From: Arenicellales bacterium
GTDB lineage: Bacteria; Pseudomonadota; Gammaproteobacteria; BMS3Bbin11
Length of the DNA: 40,223 nucleotides
NCBI GenBank assembly: GCA_029287855.1
Contig: JARFQI010000071.1
Span: forward strand, 1 to 40,223
Reading direction: 5' to 3'
In this document: positions 20,297 to 30,569 of the stretch, piece by piece
Layout of the letters: the number at the start of each line of letters is the position of its first letter
Numbering within the stretch: position 1 is the first letter of the stretch
Made by a program: the position numbers and the translations under genes
The notes under the pieces: model-generated
The model's input: the letters and a program-made list of their open reading frames with translations, nothing else
Database searches by the model: none
What the model was told of the DNA's origin: nothing

Positions 20297-22807
20297 ATGA
20301 CATCTGGAAAAATATTTACTATCGTCTTCAGGGTTATTGTGATTCCTGTCGTACTGATCGGCACACTTGTTGCGGTATTATCATATGCCAATATTTCCGT
20401 ACCTCTAGAGGTAGCACGAAAACAGTTCGTTTCAAAAGCCACAGACGCAGTAGGGCATGATGTCCGTATAGATGGCGAGGTGCGCCTCGCTATCAGCTTT
20501 TTCCCAACCCTCGTCGTCGATCAAATTCATATCAGCAATGCTCCACAATGGTCAGCAAAAGACATCCTCAGAATTGGCGAAGCCCGTGTGCAGCTTGCCC
20601 TGCTGCCAATATTATCAGGCAGATTTGAATTTGTTGAAATTTCAGCTTCAGCAGTTCAGGTAAATCTGGAGCAGGCAAGCGATGGAAGCCAAAACTGGGC
20701 GACTCTATTCAAATCAAACAGCAAAACTGAACAGCCCGATGGTAGCTCAGTGAATAAAAGCGCAACATACCGTAATTCAGAACAAGAGAAAGGACGTGTA
20801 TGGATCGAAGAATTCAGTTTATCTGATATCAATGTTCACTACATAGATGAAACTCTCAATAGAGACTTCAACAACAGCATTGATAAACTGGTGATATACA
20901 CACATGAGAAGGATCACCTGACTGCAAGTATTCAAGGTAATACTGAAGATATTCCTTACTTTTTTACAGCCAAATCTGATCTACTCCGGAACCTGATCAG
21001 TCAAAAGCCCTGGAATATGGAACTACAGGGACGGATTGCAGATAAACCTGTAACTCTTGATATACAACTTGAGTTTGGCAAATCCCTTGATGGTACCATC
21101 AGCTTGAATGCACAGGAAGTGGACGCCGGAAAGACACTATCCTGGCTCGGTTTAGTTGATGGCCTTGAGGCGTTTAGTCACACCCTGGTACTCAATGCTG
21201 AACTAAAGGGTGGAACCCTGAAAGGAGTCCTTGATCAATCAACTTTCAAAATTAGCATGAAGGAGGGGTATTGGAACCTGCAGAATCCGTCGCATGAAGC
21301 AAGTCGCAAAATCACATATTCAACAGCGTCACTGTTTGCTGAGCCAGGTAAGCCCATCAAGCTGGAATTTTCCGGTAAAATCGATAATGAATCCCTGCTA
21401 CTGGAACTAACGTCAAACAAACTCGGCGAGTTTTTCAGCGCACAGGATAAAATTCATTTAAATCTAAATGCCGACTTCACACATACGACGATAACCCTCG
21501 ATGGAGATATTGACCTGCCGGTTAGTCGCGAGACATTCAGGACTGATCTGGTTGTTAATGGAAAAAGTCTCGATAAATGGAAGAGATTACTGCAAGCGGA
21601 TATCCCTCCTTTCGGACCGTACCATCTGAGTGGAAAATTCAGCGTAGACGCAAAAGGTTTTCGTGTAAACAATCTGAAGACGACTATTGGCAGCAGCGAC
21701 CTTAGCGGTGAAATATTCATTTCTACCGAAAATGAGAATACACACTGGGATTTAGATCTTGTCAGCCAGAATTTCCAGATCGATGATTTCAGTGTTGAAG
21801 GTTTTTCATTAATCCCCGAGGGCAATATTCTGCTGAGAACTCCAGAAACACCTGTACCGAAAAATGTCATGAAGGAGAAACGGCAAAAAGCATCGAGACA
21901 AAGCTTCCAGGTGTCTCAAAATTATCCCGGCCTTGATGTTAATTTACAGCTCAAAGCCAACAAAGTTCTCTCCGGCAATGATCAACTTGGAGGGGGGAAA
22001 CTTCAACTTCGTGGAGATGAAAACTCTTTGTTTATTGATACCTTTCATCTAGACCTTGCCGGCGGAGCGATTGATGGTGGTCTCGAGCTGCAGTTACATG
22101 ATCAGGGTATAAAAGGGCGGCTCAAATTAAATATGGATAAATTTAACTATGGCATAGTGTATAGACATTTTTATCCTGACTCTCCTGCTGATGGCCTAAT
22201 AAGCACAAGAGTAGACCTTCATCTAGCAGGTCGTAATTTCAAACATGGCCTTGAGCATGCGAGTGGCATAATTGATTTAGCATTCTGGCCTGAGAATATA
22301 GATGCCAGCGTGATCAACCTTTGGGCTGTTAATCTGTTTCTTGCTATCCTGCCAGAACTGAACAAGAAACAATCCAAATTTAACTGCGGTGTAGCACTGC
22401 TTGACATCAAAGACGGGAATCTATCTGAGGAATTGTTATTAGTCGATACCAGTAAAATTTGGATGCAGGGGAATCTTAAGATTAATTTTCAGAAGGAAGA
22501 AGTATCACTATCGCTGTTTCCAAAAGCGAAAAAAGCCAGGTTATTTGGATTGCAGGCGCCTATTCGCATTAAAGGTAACTTCACTGACCTTGGTCTATCT
22601 ATAAAACCCTACGATATAGTGTCTTCTTACATTGCATTTATGGCCAGCCCTTTAACCGCTCCCTTCCAACGCATCTTTAGTAAAAAAATTCCAGAGGACG
22701 CTAGCAGTCTATGTGGTGAACTTCTGGATCGCGATCATCTAAAAGAGGTTTTGGAGGAGATGAGCAAAAAAAGTCCCAGTTTAGACGAAATGTATAACAA
22801 TGATTGA
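20297..22807 (+). CDS. AsmA-family protein
   Basis: N-terminal TM anchor, AsmA N-domain (GHDVRIDG, VNLEQASDGSQNW), long beta-rich body, AsmA-like C-terminus (NCGVA...PIRIKGNF). Confidence 0.82.
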   Translation: MTSGKIFTIVFRVIVIPVVLIGTLVAVLSYANISVPLEVARKQFVSKATDAVGHDVRIDGEVRLAISFFPTLVVDQIHISNAPQWSAKDILRIGEARVQLALLPILSGRFEFVEISASAVQVNLEQASDGSQNWATLFKSNSKTEQPDGSSVNKSATYRNSEQEKGRVWIEEFSLSDINVHYIDETLNRDFNNSIDKLVIYTHEKDHLTASIQGNTEDIPYFFTAKSDLLRNLISQKPWNMELQGRIADKPVTLDIQLEFGKSLDGTISLNAQEVDAGKTLSWLGLVDGLEAFSHTLVLNAELKGGTLKGVLDQSTFKISMKEGYWNLQNPSHEASRKITYSTASLFAEPGKPIKLEFSGKIDNESLLLELTSNKLGEFFSAQDKIHLNLNADFTHTTITLDGDIDLPVSRETFRTDLVVNGKSLDKWKRLLQADIPPFGPYHLSGKFSVDAKGFRVNNLKTTIGSSDLSGEIFISTENENTHWDLDLVSQNFQIDDFSVEGFSLIPEGNILLRTPETPVPKNVMKEKRQKASRQSFQVSQNYPGLDVNLQLKANKVLSGNDQLGGGKLQLRGDENSLFIDTFHLDLAGGAIDGGLELQLHDQGIKGRLKLNMDKFNYGIVYRHFYPDSPADGLISTRVDLHLAGRNFKHGLEHASGIIDLAFWPENIDASVINLWAVNLFLAILPELNKKQSKFNCGVALLDIKDGNLSEELLLVDTSKIWMQGNLKINFQKEEVSLSLFPKAKKARLFGLQAPIRIKGNFTDLGLSIKPYDIVSSYIAFMASPLTAPFQRIFSKKIPEDASSLCGELLDRDHLKEVLEEMSKKSPSLDEMYNND

Positions 22808-22940
22808 GTTATCTGTAGTTGCTTTTATTGTTGATATTTTCACCCTTTATGGGTGAACCCAGTGTTCATACGCTGGCACAATACAGAAAAAATAATAGAC
22901 TTACGCAACAAGGAGAAAAACTTAAAAGAAATCAAATCTC

Positions 22941-22972
22941 AAAAAAAAGGCCCCGCCGATCAAGGGCGAGGC
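22941..22972 (-). terminator. Intrinsic terminator of acs
   Basis: Minus strand GCCTCGCC-CTTGATC-GGCGGGGC followed by C and T8, about 30 nt after the acs stop. Confidence 0.8.
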
Positions 22973-23003
22973 TGTTATTTATGCGTAAGTCATAAAAAGA
23001 TAA

Positions 23004-24941
23004 TTACTTATTAGCCCTGTTCTCGACCAGGTGATCGACTACCGCCGGATCCGCTAATGTGGATGTATCGCCCAGGTTCTCTATCTCATTTTCTGCAACT
23101 TTACGCAGAATACGACGCATAATTTTTCCTGAGCGTGTTTTTGGCAGCCCCGGAGCCCATTGCAGAATATCAATAGTTGCTATCGGCCCGATTTCCTTAC
23201 GCACGAACACTACCAGCTCTTTCTTCAGATCATCAGACTCTTCAACCCCTGCCATAAGTGTTACATAGGCATAAATACCCTGGCCCTTGATGTCATGTGG
23301 ATATCCAACAACGGCGGCTTCAGCGACACTGCTGTGCAGAACCAGTGCTGATTCTATTTCTGCTGTACCAAGACGATGGCCGGAAACATTCAACACATCA
23401 TCAACACGGCCCGTTATCCAGTAATAACCATCCGCATCGCGGCGGCAACCGTCACCGGTGAAATAATAGCCCGGATAGGTAGTGAAATACGTATCAATAA
23501 ACCGCTGGTGATCACCATAGAGTGTACGCATCATACTTGGCCATGGTGCTTTCATCACCAGGTTACCAGAGCATTCGCCTTCCAAAACATTGCCCTGCTC
23601 ATCAACGATCTCAGGCTGGACACCGAAGAACGGCTTCGTAGCCGAACCGGGTTTCATATCTATCGCACCGGGTAGAGGGGTAATCAGATGCCCGCCTGTT
23701 TCAGTTTGCCACCAGGTATCAACAATCGGGCAGCGGGAATCACCAACCACATGGTAATACCATTCCCAGGCTTCCGGATTGATCGGTTCACCTACTGTTC
23801 CAAGCAACTTCAGACTGCTACGGGAAGTTGTCTTGACAAGTTCTTCACCGGAACGCATCAAGGCACGTATTGCCGTTGGTGCAGTATAGAATTGATTGAC
23901 CTGGTGCTTGTCGATCACCTGCCAGAATCGAGATGCATCCGGGTAGGTGGGAATACCTTCAAACATCAATGTCGTCGCACCATTCGCCAGTGGCCCATAG
24001 ACAATATAAGTATGACCTGTTACCCAGCCAATATCGGCGGTACACCAGTAAATATCACCATCATGATAATCAAAAACATATTTGTGCGTCATTGCTGCAA
24101 ACAGTAAATAGCCGCCGGTAGTATGTAGCACACCTTTTGGTTTACCGGTCGATCCAGATGTATACAGAATGAATAGAGGATCTTCAGCATCCATCTCTTC
24201 TGGGGGGCAATCTGTAGATGCTTCGGCCATCATTTCTTCGTACCAGACGTCCCTGCCTTCCTGCCAGGCAACATCACCACCAGTGCGCCGGACCACAACA
24301 CAGGTCTTGACGTTTGGGCACTCTGACAATGCCTTATCCGCATTGACTTTCAATGCTACAGACTTGCCACCACGCACGCCTTCATCAGCGGTGATAACTG
24401 TTTGGCAGTCAGAATCAAGTATGCGATCACGTAGCGAATCTGGTGAGAAACCACCAAATACAATGGAGTGTACTGCACCGATACGTGTACAGGCGAGCAT
24501 CGCAACCGCCGCTTCAGTAATCATAGGCATGTAGATGCAGACACGATCTCCCTTTTTAACACCACGCGACTTCAGCACATTGGAGAATTTACAGACATCT
24601 TCATATAGTTCGCGATAGGTAACCTTTTTATCCACTTCAGGATTATCCGCCTCCCACAGCAATGCCACCTGATCACCTCGTGTTTCTAAATGGCGATCCA
24701 GACAATTGTAGGAAACATTCAGCTTACCGCCTTCAAACCAGCGTATATCACCTTTTGTAAAATCAAATTCCTGAACCTTGCTCCAGGGCTTCATCCAGTC
24801 GAGGAATTCGTTTGCCTGATCTGCCCAGAATCCATCGGGGTCTTCAATCGATCGTTTATACATGGCCTCATACATCTCACTGGTGATGTGGGCATTTTTG
24901 GCAAATTCTTCGGGAACTGGGTATATTTTAGATTCAGACAT
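23004..24941 (-). CDS. acs: Acetyl-coenzyme A synthetase
   Basis: [36 protein letters not shown]; RBS AAGGAG. Confidence 0.98.
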   Translation of the reverse strand: MSESKIYPVPEEFAKNAHITSEMYEAMYKRSIEDPDGFWADQANEFLDWMKPWSKVQEFDFTKGDIRWFEGGKLNVSYNCLDRHLETRGDQVALLWEADNPEVDKKVTYRELYEDVCKFSNVLKSRGVKKGDRVCIYMPMITEAAVAMLACTRIGAVHSIVFGGFSPDSLRDRILDSDCQTVITADEGVRGGKSVALKVNADKALSECPNVKTCVVVRRTGGDVAWQEGRDVWYEEMMAEASTDCPPEEMDAEDPLFILYTSGSTGKPKGVLHTTGGYLLFAAMTHKYVFDYHDGDIYWCTADIGWVTGHTYIVYGPLANGATTLMFEGIPTYPDASRFWQVIDKHQVNQFYTAPTAIRALMRSGEELVKTTSRSSLKLLGTVGEPINPEAWEWYYHVVGDSRCPIVDTWWQTETGGHLITPLPGAIDMKPGSATKPFFGVQPEIVDEQGNVLEGECSGNLVMKAPWPSMMRTLYGDHQRFIDTYFTTYPGYYFTGDGCRRDADGYYWITGRVDDVLNVSGHRLGTAEIESALVLHSSVAEAAVVGYPHDIKGQGIYAYVTLMAGVEESDDLKKELVVFVRKEIGPIATIDILQWAPGLPKTRSGKIMRRILRKVAENEIENLGDTSTLADPAVVDHLVENRANK

Positions 24942-25060
24942 GGTGATCTCCTTTGGGACTGTTTTATTATTCAGTGTGGCTCTAGTTATTCATCTAATCT
25001 ATTCGATGTTGCTTGAACTTGCCGAGTGTGTCAAAGGCTGATAGCAATAAAAATGAAAAT

Positions 25061-25747
25061 TTACGATAAAAACTGCTTCAGAGGCAAATTCTGACTACTA
25101 TCCATGTGCCCTATCTGAGCCTGTAACAACTCTGCAGTAGCAATTGCATCACTCAAAGCATTATGCGCCTGGTACATTGGTAAACCATAGCGTTTTCGCA
25201 GATTGAAAAGGCGAAGATCACCCTGTTCTATCTCCTTGTTTCGCCGCTCAAGCCATTGCTTTGCTATCCTCATCGTATCAATAACAGGAAAACGTGGACT
25301 TACTCCGTACAACTTCTGGCAGGCCTGGGTTAAAAAAGTAAGTTCTATCTTTGCATGATGGGCAACCATTATCTTGCCTGCAAGAGCATGCAGCAGGTTG
25401 CCCACCACCTCATCGAGTGGCAGGCCAGCGGAAACGTCATCATCGGTTATTTTATGGATGACTACACTTTGCTCTGTCAGTGATCCGCCGAGCTTTACCA
25501 GTTCATGGCGGGCCGTTGAAAGCTGAATCATGCCATCTTCGATAGCAACATAACCAGCGCTAACAATATGATCCTTGCTCGCATCGAGCCCGCTTGTTTC
25601 AAAATCCAGTGATAACAGAGGCACTGCATGAATATCCCTGCTTCGATCAATCAGCGGGGCTGATAGATACTCACTGATGGCGCCTTCCGGTGCGGCTTCA
25701 AGCATCTTCCTGCGCCTCGATTCTGCACTAAAAAGAAAGTCAAACAT
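25061..25747 (-). CDS. DnaQ-like 3'-5' exonuclease (DEDDh family) of the acetate-permease cluster
   Basis: ExoI LDFETSG, ExoII AHHAKIE (Glu at the usual Asp), ExoIII HNALSD; start overlaps the upstream stop (TGATG). Confidence 0.85.
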   Translation of the reverse strand: MFDFLFSAESRRRKMLEAAPEGAISEYLSAPLIDRSRDIHAVPLLSLDFETSGLDASKDHIVSAGYVAIEDGMIQLSTARHELVKLGGSLTEQSVVIHKITDDDVSAGLPLDEVVGNLLHALAGKIMVAHHAKIELTFLTQACQKLYGVSPRFPVIDTMRIAKQWLERRNKEIEQGDLRLFNLRKRYGLPMYQAHNALSDAIATAELLQAQIGHMDSSQNLPLKQFLS

Positions 25748-27609
25748 CAGCCTATACGATCCGCATGGTAACGCTGAGACAGTGATTCCTGCATCGTCTG
25801 AATGACCTTGAACGCATCTCTTAAGTGCGCCCGCTCAAGCCTCGACAATTGTTTCGGAGATAAAAAATTATCCGCTTTTTCTCCTTTTTTGATTTGTGCC
25901 GCCTGGTGCTCGATTCTTAGCTCGCCGATAAACTCATAGGCATCAAGAAGATTCGCAGCCCCATCCTTACTTAAAGATGGAGTCCCGGCAGCCTGTTTAA
26001 GGCGATCAATGGTACTCACCGCGGTAAGCCCTTCTGCCAGCGCATAAATCCTGGCCAGGTCTATAATTGGCACAATGCCGTTATGTTTCAGATCCAGTGT
26101 ATGTTTGTGTTCACCGTCGTCAATTAAGACAAAATCACGGAAGAATCCTAGCGGGGTCCTATGATGTAAAGCATTAACAGTCATCAGTGCAAGAAACAGC
26201 TGATTGTTTTTTGTCAGTTTGGATATTTTTTTCTGAATTTTGGTCAGTAGTTTTTTTTCTCCGTAAATCACACGGATGTCAAAGAAAATACTCGATAACA
26301 TTAGTGATTTTGGCTTCGGAGTATTGATCCACTTAGTAAAATAACCGGTCCAGACCTCTTGCGTCTGGCACCATTCCGGATTCATCGCCATGGCGTTGCC
26401 AGGACAATAAATAAAGCCACAGGCATCCAGACCGCCGCAAACATATTCAGCGAGTTGACTGAACCACCCGGCATCCTCAGGCTTCATCTCATTCGAGATG
26501 ATCAGGCCATTATCCTGGTCTGAATGAGAAGACTGCTCACGCCGGGCCTGTGACCCTGCTGCAACCCAGGCAAAGGGGACCGGCGCCGGTCCAAATTTCA
26601 TTTCTGCTAACTCAATCAGTCGTCGTGTGATTGCACTGCTGACAGCCGTTACCGCCCTGCCAACATGCTCCGCAGACCCTCCTGTGCTGACAATCTGCAA
26701 CTGCAGGTCAGGAATCATCTTACTGACTTCTGCTAAAGCTTCAACCGTCTCGGCACGACTTATTGAGCGGGTGATATGAACGGCATTTTTTCCCTCCTGC
26801 CGGATCAGGTCGGTTGCCGTAACAATACCCATAGGTTTTCCATCATCAATGACAGGTAGATGGTGAAAATTCTTGCGCGTCATCACCATCAGCGCATCAA
26901 ATGCCAGTGAATTGCTGCTCATGTGTATCGGATCAGCAGTCATGATGGCACTTACCAGAGAGTCAGGTGACAGTCCCTTTGCCAGGCAACGCGATCTAAT
27001 ATCGCGGTCAGTAATGATTCCTGCAAGTTTTCCTGCATCTGTAATAAGCAATGACGAAACGCCTTCTTCAGTCATTTTAACCGCCGCTTCATAAATTGAT
27101 GAATCATGCTCAATATCGATAATGTCTTCGCTTAATAGCTGACTCAACGGTGTGTTCATAAGCGTAGCGGTCTGTGACGCCTTTTGCTGTGAACTCCTTA
27201 CTGCATCATTCAATCTTCTATGGGGAGTATCTTTAAGAAATGCGACTACCTCAGGGTGCTTTGCAACGATATCAAACAGCACGCTGCAGGGAACAGAATA
27301 AACCAGGGTATCTTCTGTGGTCCTGGCTTCGAAAGTATTACGCCCTTCGTCTACACAGAAAGTGGTACATAATTCACCTTCAGTCAGCATGCCGTAGAGT
27401 TCATTGCCTGCGGTATAGAGTGACACTGAACCCTGCCGGATAACAAATAAAGATGAAGGGCTTTCGGTATCTACCGGCAGGGCGTTGCCTCTTCTTATAT
27501 ATCGAATCCCAATTTTACGCACAAGACTATTCAAAGCCTCTTCCGACAGTAAATCAAACGGTGGAACCTCTGCAAGGAAATCACGAATTTCCTGTAACTC
27601 TATTTCCAT
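25747..27609 (-). CDS. cNMP-binding/CBS-pair/nucleotidyltransferase (DUF294, DUF294_C) protein
   Basis: N-terminal cNMP-like domain (PPFDLL...IRQGSV), CBS pair (GIITDRDI, HHLPV), NTase GSQARREQ..SDQDN, CPGNAMA.NP.W, DLKHNG. Confidence 0.9.
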   Translation of the reverse strand: MEIELQEIRDFLAEVPPFDLLSEEALNSLVRKIGIRYIRRGNALPVDTESPSSLFVIRQGSVSLYTAGNELYGMLTEGELCTTFCVDEGRNTFEARTTEDTLVYSVPCSVLFDIVAKHPEVVAFLKDTPHRRLNDAVRSSQQKASQTATLMNTPLSQLLSEDIIDIEHDSSIYEAAVKMTEEGVSSLLITDAGKLAGIITDRDIRSRCLAKGLSPDSLVSAIMTADPIHMSSNSLAFDALMVMTRKNFHHLPVIDDGKPMGIVTATDLIRQEGKNAVHITRSISRAETVEALAEVSKMIPDLQLQIVSTGGSAEHVGRAVTAVSSAITRRLIELAEMKFGPAPVPFAWVAAGSQARREQSSHSDQDNGLIISNEMKPEDAGWFSQLAEYVCGGLDACGFIYCPGNAMAMNPEWCQTQEVWTGYFTKWINTPKPKSLMLSSIFFDIRVIYGEKKLLTKIQKKISKLTKNNQLFLALMTVNALHHRTPLGFFRDFVLIDDGEHKHTLDLKHNGIVPIIDLARIYALAEGLTAVSTIDRLKQAAGTPSLSKDGAANLLDAYEFIGELRIEHQAAQIKKGEKADNFLSPKQLSRLERAHLRDAFKVIQTMQESLSQRYHADRIG

Positions 27610-28085
27610 TAATTAGCCCCCCATGGCCCGGAATGTGATATTGGGAATTCTGCATAATACCTTTTCTGGTCTGTTTCCAATGCAATACGTATTAACAATT
27701 GATCATCGGCTTTAAGATTACTCAGCTGCCTGAGAGGTGCTATCCAGTGAGAAGAATCTGTAACTCTTTGCATCACCATACCTTGAGTTACTCTATCCGA
27801 TTGTGCAAGACCCATTGTTACACCGTCGAGATCACGATTTGAATCAATAAAAAAATGCCTGTCATCGGATTTCAAAGTAATCACCAGCCCGTCTTTTTTC
27901 AACATACAGGGCTCTTCTGGCATCCTGCAGTCTGACGCGAGTTTTAATTCATGGGCAACAGTGTTTTGCGCCTCAGAAGTCAGCAGTTCCTCTTCTTTAG
28001 ACGACTGGTAGAAATCAGCGGCGATAAAACCACCAATGAGTAAAAATGGAGCGATGATGGTTGCGGCTTTAATATGGGGTGTCAT
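27609..28085 (-). CDS. Hypothetical membrane-anchored periplasmic protein
   Basis: N-terminal hydrophobic helix, C-x6-C pair; stop overlaps the next ATG (TAATG). Confidence 0.7.
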   Translation of the reverse strand: MTPHIKAATIIAPFLLIGGFIAADFYQSSKEEELLTSEAQNTVAHELKLASDCRMPEEPCMLKKDGLVITLKSDDRHFFIDSNRDLDGVTMGLAQSDRVTQGMVMQRVTDSSHWIAPLRQLSNLKADDQLLIRIALETDQKRYYAEFPISHSGPWGAN

Positions 28086-28149
28086 GGAATAACGCTTTAA
28101 GTTTTAAGTTTTAAGTTTTTCATGCTTCATATAGCTGAAGCATAAATGA

Positions 28150-28175
28150 AAAAGGCTCCCGAATGGGAGCCTTTT
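28150..28175. terminator. Bidirectional intrinsic terminator after actP
   Basis: AAAAGGCTCCC-GAAT-GGGAGCCTTTT perfect inverted repeat. Confidence 0.8.
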
Positions 28176-28192
28176 AATATCAACCGGGTAAA

Positions 28193-29974
28193 TTAATGTC
28201 CGGTTGCAGAGCCTGACCCAATAGGGACACGAATGTCTTCTACCAGATGCTGAATATGCTCTGGGGGTGGTGCTGTCATCTTTGACACAATAATTGCTAC
28301 GGTAAAGTTGACTACGGCACCTACTGCACCAAAGGCATTTGGTGAAATACCAAAGAACCAGTTAGCTCCCATGTCACCAAGGAAATCGGTGCCTGGGATA
28401 AACATGATGCCTTTGTGCTGGAACACATAGAGCATGGTTACACTAATGCCGGAAATCATTCCCCAGATTGCACCTGCACGGTTCATCTTCTTATTGAAGA
28501 TACCCATCATCAGGGCAGGGAAGATCGATGCAGCGGCGAGACCAAATGCAATGGCCACTGTTCCTGCGGCAAAATCTGGTGGATGCAGTCCGAAGTAACC
28601 CGCCATCCCGATAGCGCCTGCCATCGCAATTCGACCTGCCATCAATTCACTTTTCTCTGAGATAGATGGCATAAAGATACCCTTCAGCAGATCATGTGAG
28701 ATTGATGATGCAATGGCCAGCAACAAACCAGCAGCTGTTGATAGCGCTGCAGCAAGTCCACCGGCAACGACCAGAGCGATTACCCAGTTTGGTAGTTTGG
28801 CAATTTCCGGATTGGCAAGTACCATGATGTCACGGTCAACCTTGACCATTTCATTACCTTTCCAGCCAAATGACTCTGCCTTGGCAGCAAACTCTTCGTT
28901 TTTGTCATTATAATACTGGATCCTGCCGTCACCGTTTTTATCTTCATACTGCAGCAAACCGGTCGTTTCCCAGTTTTTCATCCACTGCGGACGTGCTTCG
29001 TAGCTGAGGTTTCCTTCAGGCGTACCAACTTCGCCTACCTGGATGGTTTCCATCAGGTTCAGACGAGCCATGGCGCCAACAGCTGGAGCAGTCGTATAAA
29101 GAATCGCAATAAAGACAAGCGCCCAGCCTGCAGTAGAACGGGCATCTTTTACTTTAGGAACGGTAAAGAAACGCATAATGACATGTGGCAGGCCGGCGGT
29201 ACCGATCATCAGTGTCAGGGTATAGACAAACATATTCAGTTTGCTGCCCATTACCTGCGTCGTGTACTGCTTAAAGCCAAGGTCAGTGACTACCAGGTCC
29301 AGCTTGTCCAGCATAGACATCGAACCATCTACCATATTAGAGCCAAGTCCGATCTGTGGCAATGCCACACCGGTCAAATGCATGGAAATAAATACAGCCG
29401 GAACTGTATAGGCAAAAATAAGGATGACGTACTGTGCTATCTGCGTATAGGTGATACCTTTCATGCCACCCATCACAGAATAGATGAAGACGATACCCAT
29501 ACCAATGTATAGGCCGGTGTCATAATCCGTTTCAAGGAAACGTGAAAAGGCAACGCCAATACCTTTCATCTGGCCGATAACATATGTTATCGATGCAAGA
29601 ATCAGACAGATAACGGCAACCACGCGTGCAGTTCTGGAATAGTAACGTTCTCCAATAAACTCCGGCACTGTGAACTTTCCGAATTTCCGCAAATATGGTG
29701 CTAGCAACATGGCCAGCAGTACATAGCCGCCGGTCCAGCCCATCAGGAATACAGATGCGCCATATCCATTGAAGGCGATGAGTCCTGCCATGGAAATAAA
29801 TGATGCGGCGGACATCCAGTCAGCTGCTGTGGCCATACCGTTTGCAACAGGATGAACACCCTTGCCTGCCACATAAAACTCACCGGTAGTGGCCGCTCTT
29901 GCCCAGAAGGCAATGCCGATATACACCGCAAAGGTGAATCCGACAACCGTGTAGGTTAATGTTTGAAGATCCAT
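28193..29974 (-). CDS. actP: Sodium:solute symporter, cation/acetate permease type (VC_2705-like subfamily)
   Basis: GMATAADWMSAASF, LRKFGKFTVP, GTAGLPHVIMRFFTV, AALSTAAGLL; adjacent to DUF4212 and near acs. Confidence 0.88.
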   Translation of the reverse strand: MDLQTLTYTVVGFTFAVYIGIAFWARAATTGEFYVAGKGVHPVANGMATAADWMSAASFISMAGLIAFNGYGASVFLMGWTGGYVLLAMLLAPYLRKFGKFTVPEFIGERYYSRTARVVAVICLILASITYVIGQMKGIGVAFSRFLETDYDTGLYIGMGIVFIYSVMGGMKGITYTQIAQYVILIFAYTVPAVFISMHLTGVALPQIGLGSNMVDGSMSMLDKLDLVVTDLGFKQYTTQVMGSKLNMFVYTLTLMIGTAGLPHVIMRFFTVPKVKDARSTAGWALVFIAILYTTAPAVGAMARLNLMETIQVGEVGTPEGNLSYEARPQWMKNWETTGLLQYEDKNGDGRIQYYNDKNEEFAAKAESFGWKGNEMVKVDRDIMVLANPEIAKLPNWVIALVVAGGLAAALSTAAGLLLAIASSISHDLLKGIFMPSISEKSELMAGRIAMAGAIGMAGYFGLHPPDFAAGTVAIAFGLAAASIFPALMMGIFNKKMNRAGAIWGMISGISVTMLYVFQHKGIMFIPGTDFLGDMGANWFFGISPNAFGAVGAVVNFTVAIIVSKMTAPPPEHIQHLVEDIRVPIGSGSATGH

Positions 29975-29983
29975 AATGCCCCC

Positions 29984-30235
29984 TTAACCTTCTTCTACGT
30001 TGAATTTCTTATCGAGCTGATTCATACGCCAGGCGTAGAAGAAGATCAAAAAGACAAACGTGTATATCGAACCCTGTTGTGCAAACCAGAAACCCAGTTT
30101 ATAACCACCCAGGCTGATGTTATTCAATGGTTCAGCTAGAATGATGCCGAACCCGAATGACACAATGAACCAGACGACAAGACATCCGGCAACCAGGCTT
30201 ATATTAGCCTTCCAGTACGCCTCTCTATCACTCAT
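29984..30235 (-). CDS. DUF4212 symporter small subunit
   Basis: AYWKAN...W..VSFG..GYKLGFWFAQQGSIY; ATG 30235 has RBS GAGAGGG. Confidence 0.88.
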   Translation of the reverse strand: MSDREAYWKANISLVAGCLVVWFIVSFGFGIILAEPLNNISLGGYKLGFWFAQQGSIYTFVFLIFFYAWRMNQLDKKFNVEEG

Positions 30236-30569
30236 AATATTATCCCTCTCTTGGTGCAGATGTTGTAAATACAGTAGTAAAAACTGTATCAAATAATAAA
30301 GATTATTTTTTATTAATCCTGTTTTACAGGATCAGCCGATTATAACTACTTATACCCAAATAACAATTGAAAATACGAATGAGTTAGCACCCTGAAATTT
30401 TCTGGGTTATGCCATCAGCAGAATCAAGTCGCTGAAAAAGCGCCTTGATATTACGTGCCACGTCTTATTCTACACAGCCACTTGAGACTTAATAATAGCA
30501 GGCGTAACCTGCACTCATCGAAAACTATAGTCACGCTTAATTAGTGAATCTGAAAACAACTTTTCACTC

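Noticed and set aside
30523-30532. Possible CrbR/ErdR-type GAC-N4-GTC site upstream of the acetate permease operon
   Set aside because: Only an imperfect match (AACTATAGTC), about 290 bp from the start; too short to support.
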